From Thermoanaerobaculia bacterium (GTDB lineage Bacteria > Acidobacteriota > Thermoanaerobaculia > Multivoradales > Multivoraceae), in the NCBI GenBank assembly GCA_963664405.1, contig OY761158.1, positions 5,280,001 through 5,344,000 of the forward strand: 64,000 nucleotides of DNA, given 5' to 3'. The notes under the pieces are model-generated. The model worked only from the letters and a program-made list of their open reading frames with translations. It did no database searches and was not told the DNA's origin. Position numbers and translations under genes: made by a program. Below are positions 1 through 9,445 of the stretch, piece by piece (within the stretch, counting starts at the first letter, position 1; each line of letters begins with the position of its first letter).

Positions 1-229
1 GGAGAAAGTAGGCGAGGGATCGGATGGGCTGGAGCTTTGGTAGGCGCGGATCTCGGCATGCGCGTCGGGCGGAGCCGAGGAGGAGGGCGGCCTGGAGGAC
101 GGTGAGAGGCAGGTCTTGGTCGAAGAGCTGGTCGACGATGACGCGGTCGCCGTGGTGGAAGCGGTGCGGGGTGTCGGGAAGGAGTCGATAGAGGCGGAGG
201 AGCTGGCGCCGATAGTGGCTTCGGGTCAT
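1..229 (-). CDS. IS21-associated hypothetical protein, 3' end outside the window (not in ORF track)
   Basis: Manual translation: MTRSHYRRQLLRLYRLLPDTPHRFHHGDRVIVDQLFDQDLPLTVLQAALLLGSARRACRDPRLPKLQPIRSLAYFL. Its ATG overlaps the istB TGA (ATGA at 226-229). Confidence 0.7.
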   Translation of the reverse strand, partial: MTRSHYRRQLLRLYRLLPDTPHRFHHGDRVIVDQLFDQDLPLTVLQAALLLGSARRACRDPRLPKLQPIRSLAYFL

Positions 230-1020
230 GAGCGTCGTCGTGCTGCGCTCCGCCTTTTGGCGCGGTCCTTGGCCTTTTTTTCAGCAGCCTCCTTGGCCTC
301 CTTGCGGCGATAGGAGTTAGCCTCGATCTTGACGATCTCGGCGTGGTGGGTGAGTCGATCGACGAGAGTGACGACGCAGGAGGCGTTGGGAAAGACCTCG
401 GCCCATTCGGCGAAGGGCTTGTTGGTGGTGAGAAGAATGGGCTTGTTGCCGTATCTCCTGGAGACGACCTCGAAGAGGAGATCCGCGTGGCGGTGGTCGT
501 AGGAGAGATAGCCGAGCTCATCGATTGCCAAAAGCGAGGGTCGGGTGTATTTGGAGAGCCTTCTCTGGAGCGCCGAGGGGGTTTCCTGGACGGCGAGATC
601 GTTGAGCATGTCGGAGGCGGTGACGAAGCTGGCGGTGGCCCCTCGTTGCAGCGCCTGGTAGAGGAGGTTCTTGGCAATCATGGTCTTGCCGACACCGTTG
701 GGTCCGAGGAGGATGACGTTGGTGATGTCGTCGAGGAATTGGAGGGTGAGCAGATCCTGGATCTGCTCGCGGTCGATGCGCTGGGGCCAGGAGAAGTCGA
801 AGTCGGCGATGCTCTTGAAGAGCCCGACGCGGCTGGTGCGGATGCGCCGTTCGAGGCTGCGCCGTTTGCGCTCGGCCTCTTCTTTGCGCAGCAGCTGTTC
901 GAGCCAGGGCTGTTCTCGGTAGGTGCCCCAGTCGTCGACGAGGGCGTAGAAGCCGAGGGATCGGGCGAGCTCTCGTAGTGGTTCGTCAGGGATCGTTGGA
1001 CTCTTCCTGGGTCGGGCCAT
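226..1020 (-). CDS. istB: IS21 helper AAA+ ATPase IstB
   Basis: Walker A GPNGVGKT, Walker B LLAIDELGY, TTNKPF and DRLTHH motifs. GGAGG RBS before the ATG at 1020. Confidence 0.95.
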   Translation of the reverse strand: MARPRKSPTIPDEPLRELARSLGFYALVDDWGTYREQPWLEQLLRKEEAERKRRSLERRIRTSRVGLFKSIADFDFSWPQRIDREQIQDLLTLQFLDDITNVILLGPNGVGKTMIAKNLLYQALQRGATASFVTASDMLNDLAVQETPSALQRRLSKYTRPSLLAIDELGYLSYDHRHADLLFEVVSRRYGNKPILLTTNKPFAEWAEVFPNASCVVTLVDRLTHHAEIVKIEANSYRRKEAKEAAEKKAKDRAKRRSAARRRS

Positions 1021-2494
1021 CGTCGTTGCCTCCAAGTTGGTCGTAGTCCTCGAGGTTGTGCGGTCTCACGGAGAGATCTCGCTGTTGGAGCTCCTGGCTG
1101 AGCGGCACCGGTAAAGCCGGGGGCTGACCGAGGCCGCGCTGGTGCCGTTCGAGTAGGAGCCGGACGGACTGGAATCGCGGTGCGTGGTTCAGGAGCGCTT
1201 CGCGCACGGCTTTGTCGAGTCGCTGGGGGCCGTACTGGCGCAGGAGTCGGAGCAGGCCGGCGGTCTGCGTTCCGAGGTTCTCGCCTCGCTCGGCGAGCTG
1301 CTGCATCAGCTCTTCGCATCGAGGCACAGCGGAAAACAGCCGATGGAAGCCCCGGTGTCGTCGGGCCCTGCGTTTGTGAGCGAGGAGCTCCTCGAGGTGT
1401 TGAGGATCGAGGATCTGCTCGCCCCGGGAGTACGAGCGAGGGTGCTCGGCGAGGAGCTCCTGGCCATCGAGGATCCGCACCCGATGCTCGCTGGCGAGGA
1501 GCGTGACGGTCCTCTGCACATGACTGTGCGGCACCGAGTAGTCGTTGAGGTCGAAGCGCACGATCGGCGTCTTTCTGACCTTGATCTCCAGTCGCAGGTC
1601 GGTTTCGAAGTCGTCTCCGGGAAGCTCAAGCAGTCGAGGTCGTTCCTGGGCCAGGGCGCTTTTCACGGTTCGCTGTCGGTCCTGCGGCCAGGGTCTGCGC
1701 TGCGACCTCTGGCACCATTCCAGGACCTGCCGATTCAGACGATCCAAATCGCTCACCGTTCGGGCGCCGAAGAACGAGCTTCGCAGGAAGCGGATTGCGC
1801 GCTCGACGCGGCCTTTCTCATTTCCCCGAGCCACCGCGGCGACGGTGGGAAGGAAGCCGTAGTGGCTGGCGAAATCGAGCAGCACGGGATGGAAGCGCAC
1901 CGCGGTTCCCTGCCGCTCGATCACCGCGGTTCGCAGGTTGTCGTACAGAACGGTCCTGACGACGCCGTCGACGTAGTGGAAGGCCAGCTGGTGAGCGTGC
2001 AAGAAGGTTTCGAGACGAGTGTCGAGGGTGAAGTGCACGAAGACCGTGCGCGAGAACGACAGCACGAAGACGAAGGCATAGAGCCGACGATGTGCCCGGC
2101 CGACGCGGAGCCGACCGAAGTGGCCCCAGTCGACCTGCGCCTGCTCTCCTGGCAGCATGCGCAGCGAGAGAAACGCCTCGCGCTGGGGCTTCGGTCGCAT
2201 CGAGGCCACCAGGTGGCGAAACTGATCCGGGCCTCCTGGATAGCCGCGCTCCACCACCATGGTGTAGAGACGGCTCGCCGGCAGTCGTGGGTAGGTCCCG
2301 AGCACCTGCTCGATGAACGGCAGGTAAGGATCGATCATCCTCCCTCGTCGCTGCTGGGGTAGCACGCCGGACTTCTCCAGCGCCCGGCGCACGGTTGAGG
2401 GGTGCAGCTGTAGCTGTCGAGCGATCGTGCCGACTTTCCACTTCTCGACCAGGAACAGACGACGGATCTCCCCGCGCAGCTGTGCGTCGATCAC
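986..2494 (-). CDS. istA: IS21 DDE transposase IstA
   Basis: N-terminal HTH, QAQVDWG, LYDNLR, KGRVERAI and RFDLNDYSVP motifs. GTG start at 2494 with GGAG upstream. Confidence 0.95.
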   Translation of the reverse strand: MIDAQLRGEIRRLFLVEKWKVGTIARQLQLHPSTVRRALEKSGVLPQQRRGRMIDPYLPFIEQVLGTYPRLPASRLYTMVVERGYPGGPDQFRHLVASMRPKPQREAFLSLRMLPGEQAQVDWGHFGRLRVGRAHRRLYAFVFVLSFSRTVFVHFTLDTRLETFLHAHQLAFHYVDGVVRTVLYDNLRTAVIERQGTAVRFHPVLLDFASHYGFLPTVAAVARGNEKGRVERAIRFLRSSFFGARTVSDLDRLNRQVLEWCQRSQRRPWPQDRQRTVKSALAQERPRLLELPGDDFETDLRLEIKVRKTPIVRFDLNDYSVPHSHVQRTVTLLASEHRVRILDGQELLAEHPRSYSRGEQILDPQHLEELLAHKRRARRHRGFHRLFSAVPRCEELMQQLAERGENLGTQTAGLLRLLRQYGPQRLDKAVREALLNHAPRFQSVRLLLERHQRGLGQPPALPVPLSQELQQRDLSVRPHNLEDYDQLGGNDDGPTQEESNDP

Positions 2495-2498
2495 GCCC

Positions 2499-2894
2499 CT
2501 ATCTCCGTCGGCAACGACGAAAGCTCGTTCGCACAAACTCTCGGCAGGCCTCTCCACACTGCATGCATCGCGGATTCCTCGGGTCGTAGCGCACTTCGCG
2601 CCTCGGAGTCTCGATCCGACACAGTGTCCTCCCCGAAGTACCGCCTGGGGTACCCTGATGCGTCACTTTCTCTGCCCGCTCGCGCTGGCGCCGACGGTAG
2701 CGGGCCTGACGGGCGGCATGACAATGCCGACCTCGGAGGCTTCGCTGGTACCGATGGCCGGCCGCCCGAGTCGATTCCCGACGAGCCACCAGAGCACAAG
2801 CCCGGCAGTAACGCTGGCCACGGTCACAGTGCGAGCACAGCGAGATACGCCGACGGCATCGAGCACAGTCGAAGAGTCGGTAGTCCGGTCGCAT
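2499..2894 (-). CDS. Cys-rich putative zinc-finger protein upstream of istA
   Basis: CxxC-x6-CxxC-x6-CxxC (CARC, CSHC, CRAC), an Arg-rich helix and a C-terminal CMQC. Its stop lies 4 bp before the istA start. Confidence 0.75.
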   Translation of the reverse strand: MRPDYRLFDCARCRRRISLCSHCDRGQRYCRACALVARRESTRAAGHRYQRSLRGRHCHAARQARYRRRQRERAEKVTHQGTPGGTSGRTLCRIETPRREVRYDPRNPRCMQCGEACREFVRTSFRRCRRR

Positions 2895-3253
2895 CGTCGC
2901 CTCCCATTCGACGACGACCCCGACTCTCTGCCATACTGCAAGCGCAGCTAATGCTGCGGTTTGGGGCAGAGCCCGGGGCGTTTTCTACTTCGCTTTCCCG
3001 GGCTCTCGCCGTCTCTGGTCGGCCTGCTCTATCAGAGCAGAGCCCGCACTGCAAAGCCCTACACCGACTCACGCATCTCTTCCGACCGCAAACACGCCGC
3101 CGGGACCACGCACCCGGACCGCCGTTCCGGCGGGATGATGTCGCCCTTCCTGAAGAAGGCCTAGCTTTCCCGCGGTCGCGAAGCCCTCAGCTCACTCCAT
3201 CCCGGAAACTGCGCTCGCAGCCAACGGGATGCGCTTTCTCGCAGCCATCAACA

Positions 3254-3700
3254 CATGGCGCCGCGGACGGCGCTGCCGTCCTGCCGGACGGCTCTCAGGC
3301 GTTGTCGGGCGTGCCCCCACCCCCGGATTCAGTAGCACATGGCGCCGCGGACGGCGCTGCCGTCCTGCCGGACGGCTCTCAGGCGTGGGCGGGCGTGCCC
3401 CCACCCCCGGATTCAGTAGCACATGGCGCCGCGGACGGCGCTGCCGTCCTGCCGGACGGCTCTCAGGCGTGGGCGGGCGTGCCCCCACCCCCGGATTCAG
3501 TAGCACATGGCGCCGCGGACAGCGCTGCCGTCCTGCCGGAGGGCTCTCAGGATTGGGCTGGCGTGCCCCCACCCCAGGATTCAGTCGCACATGGCGCCGC
3601 GGACAGCGCTGCCGTCCTGCGGGACGGCTCTCAGGATTGGGCGGGGGGGGGTTGTTCCCCACCCCAGGATGCAGGCCCGCATGGCGCCGCGGACGGCGCT
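3254..3700. repeat. Tandem array of 84-bp REP/BIME-like units (5 full plus 1 partial)
   Basis: CATGGCGCCGCGGAC starts at 3254, 3338, 3422, 3506, 3590 and 3680. Units carry the hairpins GCGCCG-CGGA-CGGCGC and GCCGTCC-TGCC-GGACGGC, with minor variants in later copies. Confidence 0.9.
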
Positions 3701-3755
3701 GCTGGGTATACTCTGGCGCTTGCTACTGATCGCTCGACCCGAGGAGGATGAGCCC

Positions 3756-4937
3756 ATGCGTGGGACTTTCGTGAGTATTCTCGTTGTCTGCACTTTGGCG
3801 TTGACTCTCGGCTGCGGAGGCGGGGCTACCGAGAACGAAAACACCATCAAGATCGGCGCCATCTTCGATCTGACCGGGCCGACCTCCGACGTTGGCACTA
3901 CGTTCTCCGAGGGGATTCGCGACTTCTTCGAGTGGACCAACGCCCAGGGCGGGATCGAGGGGCGTCCCGTCGAGCTCGTGTTTCAGGACTATGGCTACAA
4001 GGTCGACGTCGCTGAGCAGCTGTACTCCCAGTTCGTGCAGGAGGGAGTGGTGGCCTTCATGGGCTGGGGGACCGGCGACACCGAGGCGCTCCGCGGGCGT
4101 ATTGGCGATGACCAGATGCCCTTCACCTCGGCGTCCTTCTCCCACGTTCTGGGCGATCCGCAGCAGGCTCCCTACAACTTCCTCTTGGGAACCAGTTACA
4201 GCGACCAGTTCGTCATCATTCTCGACTGGATCTTGGAAAATCATCCGGGCCCAGAGGCGCCATCGGTGGCTCTTATGCACGCACCGAATCCTTTCGGACT
4301 TTCACCCTATGAAACGGGGGGAAGAGACTACGCGGCCCGGAAGGGAATCGCGCTCGAGGCTCATGAGATGCCGCGTGGAAGCATGGACTACACCGCCGAG
4401 CTCACCAGGATCCGCCAATCGGGCGCGAACCATGTCGTTTTCCAGAACACCTCCGGTCCGGCCGCTGTCGCGATTCGCAATGCCAGGGACCTGGGCTTCG
4501 AACCGAGTTTTTTCTGCCTCAATTGGTGTACGAATGAAGTGCTTACCGAGTTGGCTGGAGATGCAGCTGAAGGAGTCATGGGCTCAGTCTCGTACTCTCT
4601 GCCGGGTGAGGGCATCGACGGCCTCGACGCCGCGGTGGCTTTCCTCGAGGCGAAGGGCAGCTCGATCGAGGAGAAAGGCCTTCTCTACGGCCAGGGCTGG
4701 ACAATGATGTCGGTCATGTTCGAAGGTATTCGACGTACGGTGGCCGCTGGGCAAGAGCTCAGCGGAGCGAACATCAAAGCGGCCTACGAGTCGATGCGCG
4801 ACTTCGAGACCGGAGGCGTGACCGAGCCGATCACCTTTTCCGCGGAAGAGCACTACAGCATGCGCAGTATGCGCATCTACAAAGTTGAGAGCGGAAAGTG
4901 GCAGCAGATGACGGATCTTCGATCCACCGATTGGTAG
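3756..4937 (+). CDS. Branched-chain amino acid (LivK-type) ABC substrate-binding lipoprotein
   Basis: Lipobox LTLGC, IKIGAIFDLTGP and GGIEGRPVELV motifs. GGAGG RBS before the ATG at 3756. Confidence 0.88.
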   Translation: MRGTFVSILVVCTLALTLGCGGGATENENTIKIGAIFDLTGPTSDVGTTFSEGIRDFFEWTNAQGGIEGRPVELVFQDYGYKVDVAEQLYSQFVQEGVVAFMGWGTGDTEALRGRIGDDQMPFTSASFSHVLGDPQQAPYNFLLGTSYSDQFVIILDWILENHPGPEAPSVALMHAPNPFGLSPYETGGRDYAARKGIALEAHEMPRGSMDYTAELTRIRQSGANHVVFQNTSGPAAVAIRNARDLGFEPSFFCLNWCTNEVLTELAGDAAEGVMGSVSYSLPGEGIDGLDAAVAFLEAKGSSIEEKGLLYGQGWTMMSVMFEGIRRTVAAGQELSGANIKAAYESMRDFETGGVTEPITFSAEEHYSMRSMRIYKVESGKWQQMTDLRSTDW

Positions 4938-4984
4938 CCGAGAGTCAAGGCTTCCGATCGCTCGTCCGCCCCGCACTTGCTCCG

Positions 4985-5779
4985 ATGCTCAAGCTCAACA
5001 ACGTCGAGGTCATCTACAATGACGTCATCCTCGTCTTGAAGGGGCTCTCGCTCGAAGTCGAAGAGGGCAAGATCGCGGCGTTGCTCGGCACCAACGGCGC
5101 GGGAAAGTCGACGACCCTCAAGGCGATCTCGGGTCTTCTCAAGCCCGAAGACGGCGAGGTCACCGATGGCTCGATCGAGCTCGACGGCGAGCCGATCAAC
5201 GGTCTCGATGCCGAGGACATCGTGCGCCGCGGCATCTTCCAGGTGATGGAGGGGCGGCGGGTCTTCGAGCATCTCAGCGCCGAAGAGAACCTCATCGCCG
5301 GCGCCTATACACGCCGCGACAGGGGCAAGATCAAAGAGAGTCTCGGCCGCGTCTACCACTTCTTTCCACGTCTCGAAGAGCGCTCCGGGCTGCAGGCCGG
5401 CTATCTTTCAGGTGGCGAGCAACAGATGCTTGCGATCGGCCGGGCCCTGATGGCGAAGCCGCGCCTGATGCTTCTCGATGAGCCATCTCTAGGCCTAGCT
5501 CCGCTGCTGGTTCACGAGATCTTCGAGATCATCAAGCGAATCAACGAGGAAGAAGGGACGACGATTCTTCTCGTCGAGCAGAATGCCAAGCTTGCACTTG
5601 GCATCGCCGACATCGGCTACATCATGGAGGGCGGTCGGGTGGTCTTCGACGGCAAGCCTGAGGTTCTCGAGGCCAACGAGGACGTCAAAGAGTTTTACCT
5701 GGGACTCACCGAGGTCGGCCAGCGTAAGTCGTATCGAGACGTCAAGCACTACAAGCGACGCAAGAGGTGGCTGAGCTAG
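4985..5779 (+). CDS. livF: LivF-type ABC ATP-binding protein
   Basis: GTNGAGKST, LSGGEQQML and LLDEPSLGLAP motifs. C-terminal KHYKRRKRWLS. Confidence 0.9.
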   Translation: MLKLNNVEVIYNDVILVLKGLSLEVEEGKIAALLGTNGAGKSTTLKAISGLLKPEDGEVTDGSIELDGEPINGLDAEDIVRRGIFQVMEGRRVFEHLSAEENLIAGAYTRRDRGKIKESLGRVYHFFPRLEERSGLQAGYLSGGEQQMLAIGRALMAKPRLMLLDEPSLGLAPLLVHEIFEIIKRINEEEGTTILLVEQNAKLALGIADIGYIMEGGRVVFDGKPEVLEANEDVKEFYLGLTEVGQRKSYRDVKHYKRRKRWLS

Positions 5780-5958
5780 CAGAGGAAAATGATGACTATC
5801 ATTTCCCTCTGCTAGTTGCCTTTTCGCGCCGAGGACGGCGCACTTCGAGCCTGCTTCCTATTCGCTCCGGGAAACGGCTCAGACAGATTCTGCAAAGTCA
5901 CGGGGCCGGTTGTCGCGGAGAGCTACTCGCCTGTCCGATTACTGGGACACCCTCCTAG
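5776..5958. repeat. Single copy of the modular REP/MITE-like element, bounded by CTAG
   Basis: 18-4-18 hairpin at 5776-5815 and core GCGCCGAGGACGGCGC at 5826-5841. Reverse-complement homology to 34406-34495 and to 50553-50593. Confidence 0.8.
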
Positions 5959-6175
5959 GCCTATCTATAGTCTAGAGGCGCGGCTCCCGACGAGCCCCTA
6001 CTGGCTCCAGACCGATCGTCACCGGCTCTGCCTCCAGACCGTAGCCCGGCGGCGTGACCACCGTTGTATAGCGGATCGAAGTCTCGCCGCCCTCTGAGTC
6101 CGAGGCCGGTCACGTTCCTCTGGGTGACCCGGCCGTGGCCGCAATCTCGGCCGCTGCTGATTGTCGGGTGGGAAA

Positions 6176-6252
<77 letters not shown>

Positions 6253-6413
6253 AAGAAGCAATCGCGAGCCCAGGGCCCGCGAGGCACCGAAGAATACCTG
6301 CGGTCCCGGTAGCGGTCAACCTCGAGAAGTGATCGCTGTCATTTGCCAGGTCAACAGCAGGACGCCGCGGACGGCGAATTCGGAGATCGCTGTGCTAGCG
6401 TGCAGCCCCGCCC

Positions 6414-8860
6414 ATGCCCGACCGGCGCTCACCACGATTCTGGCTGGCTCTGCTCGTCGCCGCTTTCGGTGCCGTACAGGTCTTCCTCGCTTATCGCGAC
6501 TACGTGTTCGAGGATGCTTACGTTACCTATCGCTATGCCCAGAATTTGGTTGAGGGCCATGGCTTCGTCTTCAACCACGGAGATCGAGTACTCGGTACCT
6601 CCACGCCGCTCTACACGCTGATCCTTGCCCTGGCAGGCCTCCTCGGAGCGGATATTCCTCTTGCTTCTGCCGTCATCGCTGCTCTTTCACAGGCCGGCGT
6701 GTCGCTCGCATCCGGATGGCTGCTGCGACGGCTCGGCTACCCAAATCTCGCTCTATTCCTCGTCGTCCTGGTGATGTGGGGGCCTGCGGATCTGCACTGG
6801 GTCTTCGGCATGGAGACAGCTTTCTATCTCTTCCTTCTCTTTCTCGCCTTCTGCTGTGCTTTTCGGCGCCGCGCCGGCTCTACCGGTGTCCTCCTGGGCC
6901 TGGCCTTTCTTACCCGTTACGATGCGGTTGTATTCGCGGCATGCTTGCTCTCTCTGCTGTGGCTCAAGGAGCGCAGAGTGCCTTGGCGGGCTGGGATTGC
7001 GGCTGCCGCCGTCGTCCTGCCGTGGTTGGTCTTCGCCTGGAGCTACTTCGGTTCGCCGTTTCCCAACACGCTCTCCGCCAAGGCGCACGACGTCGAGGTC
7101 GCAACGTACTTTCAAGAGTCGATGGCCGTGCAGATCCACAACCTCTATACGCCGCTTTTTCGCAATATTCACCAGAGCCTGGTGCCACCGATCGTCGTCA
7201 GCCTCTTGACCCTGGCACTCATCGCCCCGGTATTCGCGGCTTGACGCAGGCTGTTCCGGCGTGAGCTGCTCCTGGTCCAGACCCTGATATTTCCGGTATT
7301 GCTTTGGATCGGGTATTCACTCATCGCCCCACCCATCGGCCATTCCTGGTATCTGATCCCTGGAACGTACTTCCTTCTTCTGCTGTGTCTCGCGAGCTGG
7401 GGCCTGGTGCTCGAGGAGCGTCGACTCGGGCCGCTGCCGGCGGTGGCCGTTGCGTTGTCTTTGGCTACGATGTTCCTGCTACCGTCTCGACTCCGCGAGC
7501 ATTCCGATCGCTGGCAGGGTAGCAATTTCACGCGCGGAAGGACGGGTGTTTATCGCACTCTGGGTCGCTGGATAGGCGACAAGGGCCTGGGTGACGCCAC
7601 GGTACTGATGCGCGAACCGGGCTATTTTGCGTACTTTGCCGACAATCCGATGGTGGATGGAGCCGGCTTAGTGACCAAGGGCATCTACTTTCACGGGCCT
7701 GTGGAGCGTCAAACGGCTCCCGAAGAGATCGTCGAGCGTCACCGGCCCGGCTTGATCGTGTCTCCGCCTCGTTACTGGCCCGGCCTGCCTCTCGACAGTT
7801 ATGTTCCTCTTTACCATCCGGTCCCCATTCGCACTCTCTATGTCCGCAAGTCTCTGTTCGCCGATCGCTTCGCTCAGCTCGTGGCTGATTGGCTCTCCCA
7901 GGACGCCCTTACTGGCCGGAGCCGGTAGAGCTTTCCGGCCACCCGCTCTACTACGACTTTCAGCGCGGTCAGGGGGCGGGCTGGGTGACGGGAGGGCGGA
8001 TCTTTGGTCACGTCGGGCACCCCCAGGCCGTCAGATACAGAAGGTCCCTCCTCGTCGAGGATTATCTGCACACTTATGGAGACAGAGAGACCTGGGGCAC
8101 GATCAACAGCCCGCCTTTCTTGATCGACTTCGACGAGCTCACCTTCCGCTTTTCCGGCACCAACCGCAACTACACCTTGGCACGCCTCCTAGTCGACGGC
8201 CAGGCGGTCCTTGTGGAGAAAGGCCACGGCGGAGAACTCCAATTCGAGAACGTCAACTGGCCGGTGTGGACCTGGCGCGGCAAGGTCGCTGTTCTGCAGT
8301 TCAGAGATGATGATTTGGAGGGCGGCTTCCTCGCCGCCGACCATGTGCGCTCGCTTCGCTACGAAGGGCGCGAGGTTCTCGACGACTTCGAGTCGGGTGA
8401 GTACGGCGAACTTTGGGAAGAGACCTTTGGCGACCGGCCGGCTCCGCTCGCGCCGCTTGCTCGAGAGCGTGGGCTCGCCTTTCTAGTTGGGCGGCGTGCG
8501 GCCACGAGTCAGAGCAGGGCTGGCGCCCAGGAGCTCCGCAGCCGCCCCTTCCGCATCGAGCGGGACCATATGTCCTTCCTGGCATTCGACTTCGGCGGCA
8601 CTGCCACGAGAGTCGAGCTGCGTGTCGACGGCAAGGTAATGCGGGAGTTCAAGGGCGGTCGGTCGCGGCGATTGCAGGGAGTGGTGTGGGGGGTTGGTGG
8701 TCTCCGTGGTCGAGAGGCGGTGCTGGCCGTGATCGATAACGCGAAACCGGCCGACGCGTGGATCGGAATCGACGACATCGCCGTTTTTGATCGGCCTTCG
8801 GTACCCCAGCCGGAGTCGATCACCCTAGAACAGAGTGTAAATAAAGGGGGCGGCGGTTGA
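6414..8860 (+). pseudogene. GT-C-type membrane glycosyltransferase with two C-terminal jelly-roll (CBM38-like) repeats, interrupted by an in-frame TGA (7242-7244) and a 1-nt frameshift (about 7907)
   Basis: EDAYVTYRYAQNL...GTSTPLY GT-C motif. ORFs 6414-7244 and 7299-7928 share a frame with no other stop between them. One extra C at CCC 7906-7908 joins ORF 7889-8860. May be a sequencing artefact. Confidence 0.65.
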
Positions 8861-9013
8861 GCCTCCGAGCAGGACCAGGGCGCCCAAAAGCAGCAGCATG
8901 AGCACGATGGGGGTGAGCCACCACTTCTTGTTCTCTCTCATGAAGTCCCAGAGCTCTCGGAGAAAGCCCGGAGAGTCGCCCTCGGCGCTGCGCTCGAATT
9001 CGTTCTTCGACAT
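8825..9013 (-). CDS. DUF5989 / SxtK-like small membrane protein
   Basis: ELWDFMRENKKWWLTPIV and APFIYTLF signature; lies after the SxtJ-like gene. Confidence 0.85.
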   Translation of the reverse strand: MSKNEFERSAEGDSPGFLRELWDFMRENKKWWLTPIVLMLLLLGALVLLGGSTAAPFIYTLF

Positions 9014-9024
9014 GTTGTCGTGTC

Positions 9025-9435
9025 CTAATACTGTCGGAAGTAACGTTCGACGTCGGGTCTAGCCCTGCGGTCGATCCAGTAGGTAGGCTCTTCCCTCTCC
9101 AGCGACCGGTTCATCGCGTCTCTACCGGCGATCCTCAGGGCGAGGCCGATCGGCACCACAGCCAGATAGTAAACGACTCCGAGCAGGAGATGTGACATCA
9201 CCCATCCGATGGGGAAGACGGCGTACATGATGCCTAGCCACACCCAGCGCATGAAAGGTGGCGAAATGAGGCCGATGGCCGACAGGATCAACGCTGCGAC
9301 CACGACGACTGCCCCCACCCGTTCGAGGCCGGCAGCGTGAAGCAGCCAGGCGATCCACAGCGCGAAGGCCGGGAAGACGAGAGCGGCAAACCAGCGCAGC
9401 TGGCGGGTGGTGGGGTCACGGTTGATCTGAATCAT
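9025..9435 (-). CDS. SxtJ-family membrane protein
   Basis: QLRWFA, PIGWVMSHLLLGVVYY..PIG and C-terminal YW...YFRQY pattern. Confidence 0.85.
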   Translation of the reverse strand: MIQINRDPTTRQLRWFAALVFPAFALWIAWLLHAAGLERVGAVVVVAALILSAIGLISPPFMRWVWLGIMYAVFPIGWVMSHLLLGVVYYLAVVPIGLALRIAGRDAMNRSLEREEPTYWIDRRARPDVERYFRQY

Positions 9436-9445
9436 TGCGCTTGCC

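Larger units (their letters stand above)
1..3253 (-). mobile_element. IS21-family element with two accessory ORFs (far end outside the window)
   Basis: istA and istB are present. The putative terminus reads TGTTGATGGCTGCGAG on the minus strand, ending near 3253. The subterminal motif CTCGCAGCCA occurs at 3214 and 3238, as expected for the multiple IstA sites at IS21 ends. Confidence 0.8.

Noticed and set aside
3254-3700. Possible CRISPR array (also 32093-32300 and 34440-34926)
   Set aside because: Units are near-identical along their whole length, with no unique spacers and no cas genes in the window.
2624-3751. Repeat-protein ORFs over the arrays (2624-3751, 32044-32460, 34058-34879 and overlapping frames)
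   Set aside because: Unit lengths are multiples of 3 and GC-rich, so several frames stay open. The conservation follows DNA hairpins, not a protein.
5960-6175. Integrative element attached at tRNA-Pro
   Set aside because: No integrase and no duplicated tRNA 3' end were found in the window.
6363-6376. CGCCGCGGACGGCG resembling the REP core
   Set aside because: Short, isolated and GC-rich, with none of the companion modules; likely chance or a degenerate copy.
7242-7244. Selenocysteine or genome-wide TGA recoding at this in-frame stop
   Set aside because: The context fits Trp at a membrane boundary, I saw no convincing SECIS, and many genes in the window end properly at TGA.
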